From the NCBI GenBank assembly GCA_003427395.1, contig BFEA01000014.1, forward strand, positions 1,583,889-1,647,888: a stretch of 64,000 nt of DNA, in the 5' to 3' direction. This document shows positions 12,802 through 29,362 of this stretch, in pieces (the first letter of the stretch is position 1; each line of letters begins with the position of its first letter). The translations under genes and the position numbers were made by a program. The notes beneath the pieces are model-generated. The model did not search any database and was not told the DNA's origin. It worked only from the letters and a program-made list of their open reading frames with translations. This stretch comes from Chara braunii (taxonomy: Eukaryota > Plantae > Charophyceae).

Positions 12802-12951
12802 GCTTGCTTCCTTTCCGCCTGCGCAGGAGTGCGGGGAGCGACTCCTCTGCACGTCAAAAGGTTGATGCAAAGTGTTCCACCAATTTACACCCTGCACAGA
12901 GTTGAGTGCGAATGCTGGCAGTGGACGTGCGCATCTAACCGCGAGACCAGA

Positions 12952-13071
12952 GCTCAATACATGTCAATGCCCATGTTCCAGGACGCAATACACGTCAATG
13001 CCCATGTTCCAGGACTCAATACATGTCAATGCCCATGTTCCAGGACTCAATACATGTCAATGCCCGTGTTC
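12952..13071. repeat. 31-bp tandem repeat, ~3.8 copies
   Basis: CTCAATACATGTCAATGCCCATGTTCCAGGA repeated. Confidence 0.9.
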
Positions 13072-13108
13072 ACCTCACTGTTTCCTTGTTCCTCGTAAGC
13101 GCATTCAT

Positions 13109-13185
<77 letters not shown>

Positions 13186-14204
13186 CTTGTGTGCAACGGC
13201 GATGACACGGCTAGTCGACCTGTTGGCTCTCGAACCCAAACGAACGGTACGATCCCGTCGCCGTCGTCGTCAATCGCTTCGTAGAAGCCGACAAATTACC
13301 GCAAGCAAAGATCGGTCATTCACCCACCGCGTTTAACCGTGCATGCTGCATGGCTCCATGCTGCGTGGTACGTGATGTATGCTGCTCAGCTCCCTCTCTA
13401 TCCTTGTCTCCTTGTATTCGACGACCGAGTGGTTATCGACACGGACACCATATCCGACTTTTTAAGTTCGCTTTGCTACCATCTTTCCGCTCTTCGCTCC
13501 ACTTTCCGACCTTTCCGACGAACGCCTCCGTCTAATCAACTGCCCTTCCGACTGTCACGTACAGTCTAAGTGATTATTTATGGACGTGCAGCGCCCCTTC
13601 ACAGGCCAGACATCCCCATCCAGGTATTCCCGTCATCCCGTCATCCCGCCATCCCGCCCATGCCGCCCATGAGGCAAGCTGTGCCCTCGCACTCGACATT
13701 CGGCATTCGCCACGATGACCGGCGGTCCCGACTCCCGCCGACAGCCGCCTCCCCCCGAGCGCCTCCTACCACACCTATCTCGTGACGTCATAGACAGCGG
13801 AAGATGTCGCGCGCGTATGCCGCCCAGGCGGCTCGCGCCGCTCAACTACCACAGACAGTGCCGCACGTCCAGCCCGTCGACAACTGGCATTACCTCTTGA
13901 TGCTGCACCGCCACCTCCCGCAGCGCAGCTGCTGCTCGGCTTCCGCCAGTCACCCTTTCCGCGGGTGATCTCCTACGGAGGCGGAAGTATCTCAACGACC
14001 TCATAGCCTCGATTTCGTCGCCCACGTGTTTCGGGCCCATGCAGACGTCCAAGGTGGCTGTAGCGGCTTTGTTTTTTCTTGTCTTTTCGAAGGCCCAACC
14101 AATTCAAATACCTGTCGAATCTGGACGTTTCAGGCCTTTTTTATTGTCATTATAGTATTACGGGGAACCCCGTAGCAGCCGCATCCGTGCTCAAGCCTCC
14201 AACG

Positions 14205-14479
14205 AGGGAACGTGCGGGGGCTGCACCCACCAGCAAGTGGGCGATACCGGCCGGGGGTCAGCCAGTGGCATCAGGATCGATGCTGAACTGTGCCTCCCCT
14301 CTGGTCACCTCCCCATATGAACATCCGCAATCGCTGCGCAATGCCACTCGGGGGGACCAACGGCATATCTCTAGGTGGCGGGCGCCAAGCTTGCCCAGGA
14401 AGGTACATGAGGTCCATGGGGATTGAACCCAAGACCTCCTGAATGCCACTTGCGTGCCTTACCAACTGAGCTAGGCCGC
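14205..14479 (-). mobile_element. tRNA-derived SINE, copy 1
   Basis: Minus-strand head GCGGCCTAGCTCAGTTGGTAAGGCAC...GGGTTCAATCCCC has Pol III A and B boxes. The body is shared with the copy at 22649-23005. The 3' boundary is approximate. Confidence 0.75.
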
Positions 14480-15193
14480 TGGAATCGGTGATACAAACCT
14501 GCCCGGGCAGGAGCCGATTTCTTTTTCCTTTTTTTTTGTTTTGTTGTTTGTGGCGTGGAGCTGCTGGTTTTGTTGTTTGTGGCGTGGAGCTGCACCCACC
14601 AGCAGGTGCTATACCTTTTTTTTTTTTTTTTTTTGGAAAGATTCAAAATTTNTTACAAAGTCATCATGGGACGAGGCCGGGGACCTCACAATTCGACCCG
14701 GAGTTATCCTGGCAGCCTCAGCCAGTTTGGCTTACGAGCCAAGCTCGAAGACCCACCTACTGCCTTTAAGTTTTCAATCCAGCTGCTGGAAACCGGGTCC
14801 AGCGTCCCAAGTAATTCAATAACCTTTCCAAAAATCGCTCATGAAGCTCAAGTAAAAGGGACTGCCTATGCAGTCTGTACTTACTAACCAAAGCACTCTT
14901 TCCTATATACTGCGTGCAGTTCTGAAAAACGGAGCCAATGGTCCTAAGTACCCAGGTTTTCCAAATCTTATCTTCCTGACACCCTGCTCATGATGTTCTT
15001 GATGTTCAACCGAAAACCACAGGGTTCAGTGTAGGCATTCTGAACATCCTATTAACCCATATTCCTTTCTGCTGTTACAATCTGAGTAGACATTCAAATG
15101 CTCCTATGTGCCCTTCAACTTGTTTGCTATGTTAGTGTTTCTAATCTAGGTCTAAATCGACCCCACTGGCCTCAAAATCGATCCTAGCTCAAA

Positions 15194-18100
15194 CTAATCA
15201 TGCGTATCAAACAGCCATGAACACAACGACAATTTGCCTTCTGCAGAGACNGACGCCAAGCGTTTGTCCTTAGACCATGTTTTCTGGAACCACCATCCAC
15301 TCTTCCTTTGCCAATCGGCCTTAATGATTCTACGGAGCTGTTGCTTGATTTGCTGTTGTTGCTGTCTCCGGGGGGTGTCTTCTCCGCGAAAGACCCGGTT
15401 GTTTCTGGCGTGCCAGATTACATCCATCAGGACACCCCTGCAACAGAGAGCTATGTAGCCCCAGCCATCCTTAAACTGCATGTCTATAGGAAGTACACCC
15501 GTGAGCATCCATGTGTCGGACCAATCAAAGCAACCTCCCACTATCTTAAGCCAGTGGTGGTTCCACCACCTCATCAGTTCATCCGTCAGAGAACAGTACA
15601 GCCATAGATGGATCATGTTTTCCCATCCCCAGTTACAGCCCATACACTGGATGGGTATATCCATCCCTTTCGTCGACAGCCACATGACCGTAGCCGTAAC
15701 CAATAGGGATTGGAGCCACACGATACCTGCATGTTTCTGGACAGGGATCTTAGTCAGCCCCTTCCACAGGCTCCGTACTCCTTGTTTAGTAACCCCTGCT
15801 AGTTGTTGTGTCTCTGCCCTTTCCAGGGCCAGAGTTGTTGCTGTCTTATGTAGCCTTACCTGCTGTAGTTGTACCCCCACCTTAGGTCTGTAGTCGAGCA
15901 GCGGAGTATACACTCCCCTAACACTCCAGCCCAAAAGGAGGGGTTCAATCCGATATTGGACAGCTGGGCCCAACAGCGTAGCCCCTTGCCTGCCCTGTCT
16001 ATTTAACTGGCGCAGTACACGAACCTCCTCTAAATGAAGTGTACAGTTTACCCTGAGGTCCTCTACCTCTAGTTTGAGGTAGCCTGTTTTTCCCGCCTGA
16101 GAACCTACTGGTAACCGCCACACCTGGACTCTCATTCCAGAAACCAGATCCGGGCCCAGTACCCGAAACACTTGGGATGGATGGACATCCGATTGAAGCC
16201 ATGTATCGGCTGCGTTCTCCGAAGCTGGGTGTAATAACTGTGTCCACGAGGCTGGGATGGCTGCCAAGAGTTCCACCCTGTGTTGCTCCACTCTGTGAAG
16301 TCTAGGGAGTTTCTGACGTAACTGTATCAAGTCCAAAAAACATCCCTTTGATTGATCCCAGACATCCCGGATCTGCATGATGTCTTTTTTAACCCAGGCC
16401 CTGCCAAACGCTCCCGGGGTATCTGCTGCCGGGAAAGGGCAACCATTCGCTTGCAGAATCCTCTCATTATAAAAAAGAAGTTGATTTAGTACCTCTTGTT
16501 TCGTCGTCGGAGGCTTAGCTTCATTCGGCTTGATCTTATTCCATGCAGTGAGGATATTCCCCCATAACTTCGACTTTAGCTTATGATTGCAGAAGGAAAG
16601 CAGGAGCAAACACAACCAGACTTTAGACTGATCCTTAAGTTCCCACTCCCTTCCCAAGACATACTCTGCGAAAGGCATCCAGATTTTCTGACCAGCTTCC
16701 AGTATGGCTTCCACTGGCCACTTTGACAAAAGAGCTTCATTCTGCTGAAGAGGGTCCAGTACACCCAAGCCTCCTTCTTTCCTTGGGGTGGCAATTACTT
16801 CCCATGCCACCTTAGAGATGTAACCCTGTTCCGCCGTGGCTTCGGGTTTCCAAATGTATCTACCTGCTGCATTTTTAATTCTCCGATATGACTTTTGGCC
16901 CAGGCGATGCACTGACAGTGGAAACCATAAAAGGGGCATTGCAGATGTTGAAAGAACCAACGCCCTTCCGAAAAGAGAGAGATGGGTACGCCTTTCCCAG
17001 CTTGCAATGCGCCCGAGCACTTTGTCTGCCAAAATACCATCTTGGATGTCTGCACAATCCGACAGGGAAACTTGAACTCCCAAGAACNTGTCCGCTGTGT
17101 TNGCTGGTACCAACCTCAATCCCCAGTTAACACATAGGGAGTGGGAAGGATGTAAGAAGTAGATAGACTTATCCCAGTTAATAGAGGCCTCAGATAGTAC
17201 ACAGTATTCATCTATAATATTTCTTAATTCGGTCAAACAATCAGGACTATTCTTACATGCAACAGTCAAATCATCTGTTAAGGCCCCTCCTTTCCATTGA
17301 AAGGCAGGGGAGAGGTACANACCTTCAATTCTTTGATTGGTTCGAATGTTAGCCAATAAAATTTCCAGTTGGATAACAAAGATCAGCGGGGCAAAGGGAC
17401 AACCCTGTCTTAGTGAGCGGGACAGATGNAACTGTTCNGANTGCTTCCCATTCACCAGAACAGTGGCCGTAGCATTGGCGTACATAGTCCTAACCCAGTT
17501 CCGGAACTGAGGCCCAAATCCCATGTGTAAGAGGGTGGTGTTGACAAAGGCCCACCCCACCTTGTCATATGCTTTTTCCATATCTAACATTAGGATAATC
17601 GTGTTCCTCTTTTCCTGACTAATGATCTCTAATGCTTGTACCGTCGCTAAAATGTTATTAAAGATAGATCGCCCCTTAACGAATGCACCTTGCTCCTCTC
17701 CTACCAGTTACGGGAGCACCGGGGCCAGTATTAGGGCAAACACCTTTACTAACAGTTTATAGGAAACATTCAGGACCGAAATCGGTCGCCAATTTCTGAT
17801 TTCATTCTTGTCTCATTTTTTATACATTAAGGAGATCATTCCGTTTACCAAGCCTGGAGGCAAGGACCCTGAAGTCCGGGCCGTATTAAAAATCTCACAA
17901 AAAAATTGACCAAAAACATCCCAGGCTGTGAGGAAAAATTCTATCGGCAACCCATCAGGGCCTGGATATTTTTCCTTGGCCATCTGTTTGGCCGCTGTCG
18001 TTACCTCTTCCAGTGAGATAGGGTCTTCCAATCCAACACACAGGCTGGGAGGGATCTGTTTTAAGTTGCAGTCCCAAAAGGAATGAAATTTCGCCAAGTT

Positions 18101-19426
18101 AGAATGAAAATTATCAAAGGGTCGGCTAGTAGAAACGATATCTTGAAAATAAAGCATTGCATACCTACATAGTGTTTCGGTGTCTGTGGCCACCAAGCCA
18201 TTGATGGCAAAGGGGTGGGCAAGTTCTCGCATCACGGGTCTGGCGCTTCGTAATATAAGGGAGTGAAAGGTCTCCTTTGTCATCCTATCGTGTCCTAGTA
18301 TTCCTTTAATGCGGAGCCATTCCTGCCAGTTTGCCTGTTTACTAATTTTTAGTTCTTCCCATTCAGCCAATGCAGCGGACCTTTTGGTTGACCAATGGTA
18401 TTCGAGGAACGGATCCGATCCATTATACGCATCTGCTTGCTCTATTGTCTGAGACAGTTGTTTTTCCTTCCAGTTCCGCGCAACTGCTTTCATTCTGGAG
18501 AACTCAATCATTCCCTCTTGCAGGATATCAATCCCTGCATCTACCCAATCTTCATACTTATCAAACAGATCCCTGGCTAGCGGCCAATCTTTCATTTGAG
18601 ATTTAACCCATTGTGGAATTCCTGGGTCCTTCAAGACATTAACATTAAGTCTAAAAGGTGGCCTATGCCTCTCCACGGATTCTTGTGAAATAACATCCAA
18701 GACCACTGGATAGTGATCTGAAATATAAGAAACTACTAGATATGAGTTCGATATACGATCCCAGGGGGCACCCCTGGCGAGAACATAGTCAAGCCGTCTT
18801 TTGGGCTGAGCTATCCTAGAGGACGGTTGAGGGTCTCTCCAAGTGTAACCCGGGGTCTCTGGTTTAAGAGTCTTGTATGCATCCACCAGATTATGTACTT
18901 CCATAAAGGTGGAGAGCAGCATCGCATCTCTCTTGATTGGAGCTACGGCTGGAGAATCAAGACCCGGATTAAGAATACAGTTTCAATCGCCCATAAGAAT
19001 CAGGTTGTCTGTGTCTGGAATAAACTTAGGGAGATCAACAAAGAAGTCGATCCTTGTGTTATAATCCACTGGTGCATAGACCGACATAACAGACCAATCC
19101 TCATCTGCCATGGCTAGTTTCACCCAGGCCCAGCGCCCTTCTGGATCTGCGCAGCTGTCTATTATGTCTACTTCCAGTTTTTTATCTAATAGAATTGCCA
19201 CTCCTCCTCTGGACCCCATCGCTGGAGCCCAGACTTGGGGACCAGGCCATCATCTGTCAATATCCACAAGTTTGTCCGGACCAATTTTGGTCTCCTGAAG
19301 ACAGACAATATGAGCATGGTGTGAGTGCAGCCAATTTGCCACTCTGGCTCTTTTATGAGTGTCGTTCAGGTCGCATAGACCGCGGACGTTCCAACTGATA
19401 AGTCTGACTTTATTGGGAAGAGTCAT
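15194..19426 (-). pseudogene. LINE-A ORF2: AP endonuclease + reverse transcriptase + CCHC zinc finger (stops/frameshifts)
   Basis: APE motifs SWNVRGL, LQETK, SVYAP, MGD, RLDY, SDHYP. RT motifs PGPDGLP, LDMEKAYD, RQGCP, LTDD, FLGV. C-terminal CMGC...HLWLYC. Confidence 0.92.
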
Positions 19427-22355
19427 TATCGGTGGCTCTTCCGCTGGACTGTTGGATGCGGTCCACATTTCCCTCAACTGGCCTTGGTTGCTCAGGCTTT
19501 GAGACCATTCGTTCACCAATTTCAAAATTCAGATTTTTCCCCGCCCTCCTCTTCAAGAGGGAGGAGGCAAAGGACTCTGATGAGACCAAGGAGGCGTTAT
19601 CAGATTGAGCTAACCACTCGGCCACTGCACACGCAGTCAACCCTGACAACAGTCTTATCCCTGCCAAAGTATCTGACTGTACCGCAAGAAGGTGGGCCAG
19701 TTCTATCCAATAGATCCTCAGGTCATCCCATTTCGATTTATTGTTTGTCATATGTGCCATATCCATAAATGCAATCAAGAGGCTGACTATACTCCCTTTT
19801 GGTAGATTTACCGAGTGACGTGCCATTTTTGGCTCAGGTAGCAAACTTGCTTTCCCCAGATTTTGCAAGGTCTGTATCTTTACCAGATTACAGACCATCA
19901 CTGGGGAGGGCGTGCTTCGTAATAGGATGGCTGGGAGGGTCAAAGTTCCATCCTTCCCCTTCAATGTGAGGAACCGCAGTGTATGTCCGTCATGCGAACA
20001 GATTATAGGGATCAGATAATCCAACGTCTGTCCCATTGTCTTTTCTTTCCTCGTCAGTGTCCTCGTTGGTGCAGCCAGAGACAGTGAGCGTCTAGCGTTT
20101 TTGGACATCTCGGCTCTTCCTCTTTTCATAGGAGAGCTCCTGGCCACCTCTTCTGTGCAAGTCCCGCTCTCCTCATCTTCCTGTCTCGCTAAAAATTTCA
20201 AACCATCAATACAGGGTCTCTTCACAGAGGACAAGTTCACTGAGATATTCGGATGGTCAGTTTTCGTTCCTTCGGGCAGCGGAGTAGCGGGGGATGGTCA
20301 GGCAAAAGGATTAACTGCTCGAGCCATCCCCGTATTCCATTCCTTACCACTCTTCCAGATGTCCTCCGTTGCTTTGTCCGACTGCTAAGAGGCCCCTGTC
20401 GGGGAGAAGAAGGCTGGAGAGCCTTTCTTATCCCCTTCTGAATCCTCACCTGAGCTGGAAGAGGGACTATGTGTCTCGGTTGGTATGAAGACTATTTTAT
20501 TGTTGATAACCAACGGGTTGAATTTAAGCCCTTGGGCTTCTGTCCGTTCCTCCACTGAGGATTCCCTGTTGTACAGTTTATTTTCATAGACCGAACAGTC
20601 CTTCGGGATATCCTTAGTTAGAGCGGTGAGAGTCAAAGTTGCCCGTTCAGTCGTATCTGAAACCTGCTGGACCGGGCTCGACAGTAAATCCGCTTGTTTC
20701 ATGCCACCCGAGCGCTGAGTACTCGCCTCTCTAGGAGGACTCCCCTTTCTTCGCGACTCAGATACTACAACTGTACCCATTTCCTTCGGTTTACCGTTAC
20801 CAGGGGAGACAGTGGGGGAGGGCGGGGAGGGGGGGGTTCCATCCTTCGGACTTTCGCCAGTCATTACCATGGGTCTCAGGGGCCCATCACTACACCCATT
20901 TATCTGCAAGACCCCTTGGTCCCCTTGATCCCCTCGCTCCTTCTGAGTCGGGCTCGTTACCAACACGTGGTCAGGGTTGGCCGAATTACCTGGCGCCGAA
21001 GTGGAAGCCTCTGAAGGTTGNTCCTTATTTTCTCCTGTTACCACTTCCTGGTCCTGCCTCCGTGATTTGGAGATTTTCCATTCGGTTTGAGCCTTCTTTT
21101 TCTTCCCCTTCTTCCCCACTGGCTTCTTCTTTTTATTCATAGGCTTCTTGTTCTTTCTGGATTCCATGGGCTGGTCCCGAAATTCTTCCTCACTCCCCTC
21201 CTTTGCTTTTCCTTCCCGGGACTTAGCTTCGCTATCCTCCATAGTTGTGTTCCTTATCCTTCTCCTTATCTTCACCCTTGTCTTTCTCTTTCTGGTTCCC
21301 TGCATCCCCCTTCCCATTAGCCCCAAAGGAGCCTGAGACAGTGGGTTGCCCCTCCCCTTCTCCTTCTCCCCACCCTCCATGTTCTTGTCCCCTTCCGAAT
21401 GTCCCCCTTTTTTCTTACGGCCCAAATCTAATTTGGCGTTCGGATTGTTTCTGTTCACAACTGCGTCAACACCCTGGTTCTTCTTACCCTGGTCTAGGTC
21501 TTTACCCTGGTTCTCTGAAGGAGCCGGAGGTTTCCAGGTTGGACAACACTCGTCCTCCTTCGTGTGAAAATTTTGTCGGCATGCCCGACACCAAGGGGTT
21601 CGGGCATGAACGACTTCGATTTCCACATAAGCCCCTTTTTGCATGTCAATACATAGGTAAGGTTTATAACGAAGTCTGGCTTGTGCTTCCAAGTCAAATT
21701 TAACGTTAATTAATTCCGAGGCATTTTTGTCCGCATATGTTTCATAGTTCCTTAAGATCGGACCGAAAGCCTTTTTCACAGCAGGTGCCAGGTGTGGCAG
21801 GGCCGCAACGGGAACGTACATACACCTAATCCAGAAATACCTGAAACGCATGGCCTCACGCCACTCAACCAACTCGTTTTCTGGCATCCAGGGTTTGAAC
21901 GATAGGGTGTACCTTTTCCCATCCAAAGTTATTTCGTCCTTTTTTTTCCTAAGTAGCCACGTTGCAATCTCCTTCGCCGACGCTACATAAGTAATCAAAT
22001 TGTACCCCTCATTATGAAACACTCCTCTCATCGGAGGTGCACTAATTGCTCCACTCCTTGCCCATCCGTTTTCATGCATACGAATCAAGCAAACTTTGAC
22101 CGAGATTGACAGTGATTTCGAATCTTTCCCAAAAAATACCGAAACAACATTTTCTTTGAGCCACTCCTCCTGAATCGCGTAGACTTCAGGGTTGACTACC
22201 ACCTTCACGTAGTCATCCCCTATTTCTACGCTTTCAGGATTGAGATGCTCTGGGAGGAGACCCCCTTGGTAACAATTAGTCATCAGTTCCTTGAGTCTAC
22301 TCTTGTCAGTTCCCCCACTGTTAGGTGGGAGGGGGGCGCCTGCGGGAGGTTCCAT
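19410..22355 (-). pseudogene. LINE-A ORF1 (N-terminal RNA-binding-like domain, CX2CX4HX5C-like knuckle, long linker, extra C-terminal globular domain), frameshifted
   Basis: ORFs 20385-22355 and 19410-20240 lie immediately upstream of ORF2. CRACRQNFHTKEDECC knuckle. Homologous to the ORF1 pieces at 23386-24393 and 48776-49450. Confidence 0.8.
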
Positions 22356-22648
22356 TTTTGACGCACAAGAAAGTCAAATAATACCAATCAAAACCACAAA
22401 CACTTAACAATTCAAACCTACAGACAGACTTATAAACAATACCTATAATAACGAGGCCTCAATTAACGGGATAGGAGTTATCATTCCCAATCCCTTGGGT
22501 AGTAAAGCCAAGGCAACCCGACCTACATATCTCGATGTCGCTCGTACCGTGAACTTTTTCTCTACTGCCCGTAATCTGCCGTCTTCTTTCATCCATCCAT
22601 CACCTTTAAACATTTCGTGCGGGGAGAGGCCCCAGCATGTGCTATACC

Positions 22649-23005
22649 TGCTACAGCAGGTGGGCAATACTGGCCAGGGGTCGGCCAGTAGCATCAGGAC
22701 CGAGCTTCTTCGATGGGCCAGTCACTACTGGACCTCCCCTCCGGTCCCCTCCCCTACTCCGGGTAGACTGTGAGGACCCCGACCTCTCATTTTATAAGGG
22801 ACGTTGGACCCGATTGCCAACACGTGCAGCTCCCCACGTATAAAAAAAAAGAGAAAAGAAAATCAGCAGTCTCTGCTCAATGCCCCTCTGGGGGACAGAG
22901 GTGGCAGGCGACAAACTTGCTAGAGAAGGTACATGAGGCCCATGCGGATTGAACGCAAAACCTCATGAATGCCACTTGCATGCCTTACCAACTGAGATAG
23001 GCTGC
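22649..23005 (-). mobile_element. tRNA-derived SINE, copy 2 (its 3' part continues at ~14540-14615)
   Basis: Colinear similarity to 14230-14479, including the degenerate A/B-box head. Split by LINE-A and by a short insertion at 22756-22862. Confidence 0.7.
22756..22862 (+). mobile_element. 5'-truncated LINE 3'-end fragment with A-rich tail
   Basis: ACTCCGGGTAGACTGTGAGGACCCCGACCTC matches the LINE-A/B 3'-terminal motif. Absent from SINE copy 1 and ends in an A-rich tract. Confidence 0.6.
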
Positions 23006-23178
23006 ATCACCTGTTTGGGTTGGAGCCGATTCGTTTTTCATTTCTTTTGTTTTGTTTCCTTTTCTTTTGTTTTGTTGTTTCTGACGTGAATCTGCCCGGG
23101 CAGGCGCCAATTTCTTTTTCTTTTTCTTTTGTTTTTTTGTCTATGGTGTGAATGGTAGGATCTGAAAGAAACCGTATA

Positions 23179-24393
23179 TTGAACGTGTGTGTCCCGGGGG
23201 ACGGCTGCCGGAGGCGCTTCGACCGGCGTAGTAGCGCTCGGCCCAAACGCCGTCTGCCGATTCGGCAGGCCTGACCAGCGATGTACGGTCTCGTCGTGGA
23301 ACCGTCAGCGTAGGTGGTAGCTCATTGCTCTCGTGTTGACGAAGCCCAAGGCAACAACCTGGATGATGCTATCAGCGGTTAGAGTATGCCGCCACCACCC
23401 CCGGACAATCGCTATCGAAGTCGTAAAGGTACGCTAGAGAAGTGTTCCCTTCGCAATGGAAGGTGTTGGAAGTCTAGAGCAACGACGTCAAGATGGAGCC
23501 GGAGACGGGGGTGCAAGGTGAACAGGATGGAAGAGCTCAAGGTTCCGGAGACTACCGCCTGGAGACAGAAAGAGCAAGAGAGATGATAAGGGCGTGCTAT
23601 GAGGAAGGTATCCTCCCAACGGACATAGACCGAGGGGAGATGGAAGTGTTGGGGAGGGAAGTTAAGTTTATCTTGAACTTGTCTCTCGATGAAATCAAGA
23701 TTAAGTGGTTGAAAGAGAGGACGGTTAATGTAATCTTTCGGGATGGAGCTCGATTCCTGCCTAAGACGGTCAAAGAAGATGTGGTTAGAGCTTATGAAGA
23801 CGTGTGGATAAAGGATGAAACCTTCGGGCATGATTTCAAGCGCGGGAGGACTAAAGTGGAGAGCCCGAATGTGATCTCGTATATTCCAAGGGCGCAAGCC
23901 ATCTCCGATTCGATGCTTCAGAAGAAAACCGATTTCATCGATCTTGCTGGTACGACATACAGAACGGAGTTTAACCCATGGCTGACACGTGCAAAAATCA
24001 GGGATTGGAGGCAATTGATTGACCAGGATACTTTCTGGGTGGTGGCGGTGGGTGTACCTTTGGATGAAATGCCTTTTCTCCACGCCCATGTGGAGAGGGC
24101 TATAGGGAAAGTGGTGAAGCAGCACAAACCGGAAGCGGACGAATCAGACCCGAAATTGATGAACTTGCGGTTCGACGTGGATCCAGCATGCAGAGCGAAT
24201 ATGAAGGATAAAATTCTAGTCCAAACTTGCTAAGGTGATGTGCTAAAGGTTAAACTTGCGAATGCTGACTCGGAATGCTGCAAAAGGTGCCGCACCTTCT
24301 TTCATACAGAGCTCACCTGCAGAAGATTGGATCGTCGTAATCAAGGGGGTGCGCGATCGAGCCAGCCACAAGTATTGTCATCCTCAAGGACGG
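23179..24393 (+). mobile_element. LINE-B 5' half (5'UTR + ORF1 N-terminal domain and Zn knuckle)
   Basis: ORF1 pieces 23386-24393 are homologous to LINE-A ORF1 (CYEEG, WLKERTV.VIF, F.PW, CKRCRTFFHTELTC). Preceded by CCGTATA (23172-23178), the TSD partner of 43928-43934. Confidence 0.85.
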
Positions 24394-28040
<3,647 letters not shown>

Positions 28041-28600
28041 CTAGCGGAAGATGCACCCGATTTTGCTCATTATTTTGATGGAAGTAGCATGGCGATACGC
28101 ACACACACATACACAGACAAATGTGGTAGTGTATATTTCCATGTTCTTAGCGATAGATTCATTCGATTTGCTCATCCTATCGCCGGAAGTTGCGTGAAGT
28201 CCGCCTTGCGATCGGGGTACATGCACACACACAAATAGAAGTAGCGGTGTATATTACCTATTTTAGCAGTAGATTTCTCTCGATTTTTCTTATCCTATGG
28301 GCGAAAGTAGCATGAGATCTTGTTGTGTGTTTGGCACTCACACACACAAACACACACACACACACACACATACACACATAAAAGAGAGTGTCGATGTATA
28401 CTTCCTTGTTCAAACGGTGGATTCATTCGAGTTGCTTATCCTATCGATGATTCTATCGTTGGACATCTCGTGAAGCCGGCGGCGAGATTGTAGCACACCC
28501 ACACACACAGTCAAGCAAACAAGTGCGGCAGCGTACATTTTCATATTCTAGCGGTAGACACATTCGATTTTGCCCATCCTATCGATGGAAGTACCATGAG
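28041..28600 (+). repeat. Degenerate ~110-150-bp satellite with (CA)n spacers
   Basis: GTGTATATTTCC...GGTAGATTCATTCGATTT.GCTCATCCTATCG..GGAAGT repeated ~5 times. Further units at ~29140-29205 and, reverse-complemented, at ~60430-60520. Confidence 0.8.
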
Positions 28601-29362
28601 GCCAGACGTGGGGTTGGAGACTTACCTGTTGGCCCGTACGTCCCTCATCCTACTGATCGAAAACTCTCCTTCATATGGTAAGTCGCGATGCGGGGTCGTG
28701 GCAACCTGCGTCGTTGCTGCATGGTGCCACTCGGATTGCGCGGAGTGCAGACCCTCCTCACTCAATCACAACACCTCCCAACGGAACGCATCGTCGTAAC
28801 TGTGAATACGAAAACAACACCTCTACAAGCCGCAATCGCTCTCTTTGAAACCCACGAGATAACAGGTATGTCGCCTTCTGACCTTCTCCCTTCCTTCTCC
28901 TCTCTTCCTTCGTTCTCCTAGCGAGGTCTCCTTCTCCATCCCCCTCGCTTTGTGCACCGTGCTGCCACTCTATCCCCCATATTTGCGTTCTCCTTGCTAC
29001 TTGCGCCCTCGCTTCTTCTCTCCTTGCTTCGCGCTAGTCATGCCGCCGCTTTCACCCGCTCTCTTTTCCCTACCCCTTCCTCTCTCTCCCTCATACACAC
29101 ACACACACACACACATATACGCATGCGCACTCGCACACACACACACCAGTAGTGTATATTCTCGTATTCTTGCGGTAGATCCATTCGATTTTGTTCATCC
29201 TATTGAAGAGGGGGGGGGGGGGGGGGGGTTTTTTGGAGACCAGTTTTAAGATAGGGGGCTTATTTTTTCATTCTCTCTCCCCCCCCCCCCTCATCGTCGT
29301 CATCGTCGTCGTCGGCGTTGTCGTCATCGTCAACACTATACCCCCTCAACCTGGGGAACCCC

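Larger units (their letters stand above)
14616..22631 (-). mobile_element. Full-length L1/Tx1-type LINE (LINE-A), degenerate
   Basis: Poly(A) at 14616-14634, ORF1 plus ORF2, and a 17-bp TSD CCAGCA(G/T)GTGCTATACC at 14599-14615 and 22632-22648. Inserted into a SINE copy. Confidence 0.9.

Noticed and set aside
12715-12957. N-terminal extension of the ABCA ORF with a (RE)n tract
   Set aside because: Begins at a non-ATG codon and runs through a microsatellite; homology starts after MDPERS.
14405-14479. tRNA gene
   Set aside because: A/B boxes are present but the acceptor and anticodon stems are poor, and it continues into a body shared with a second copy, so it is a SINE head.
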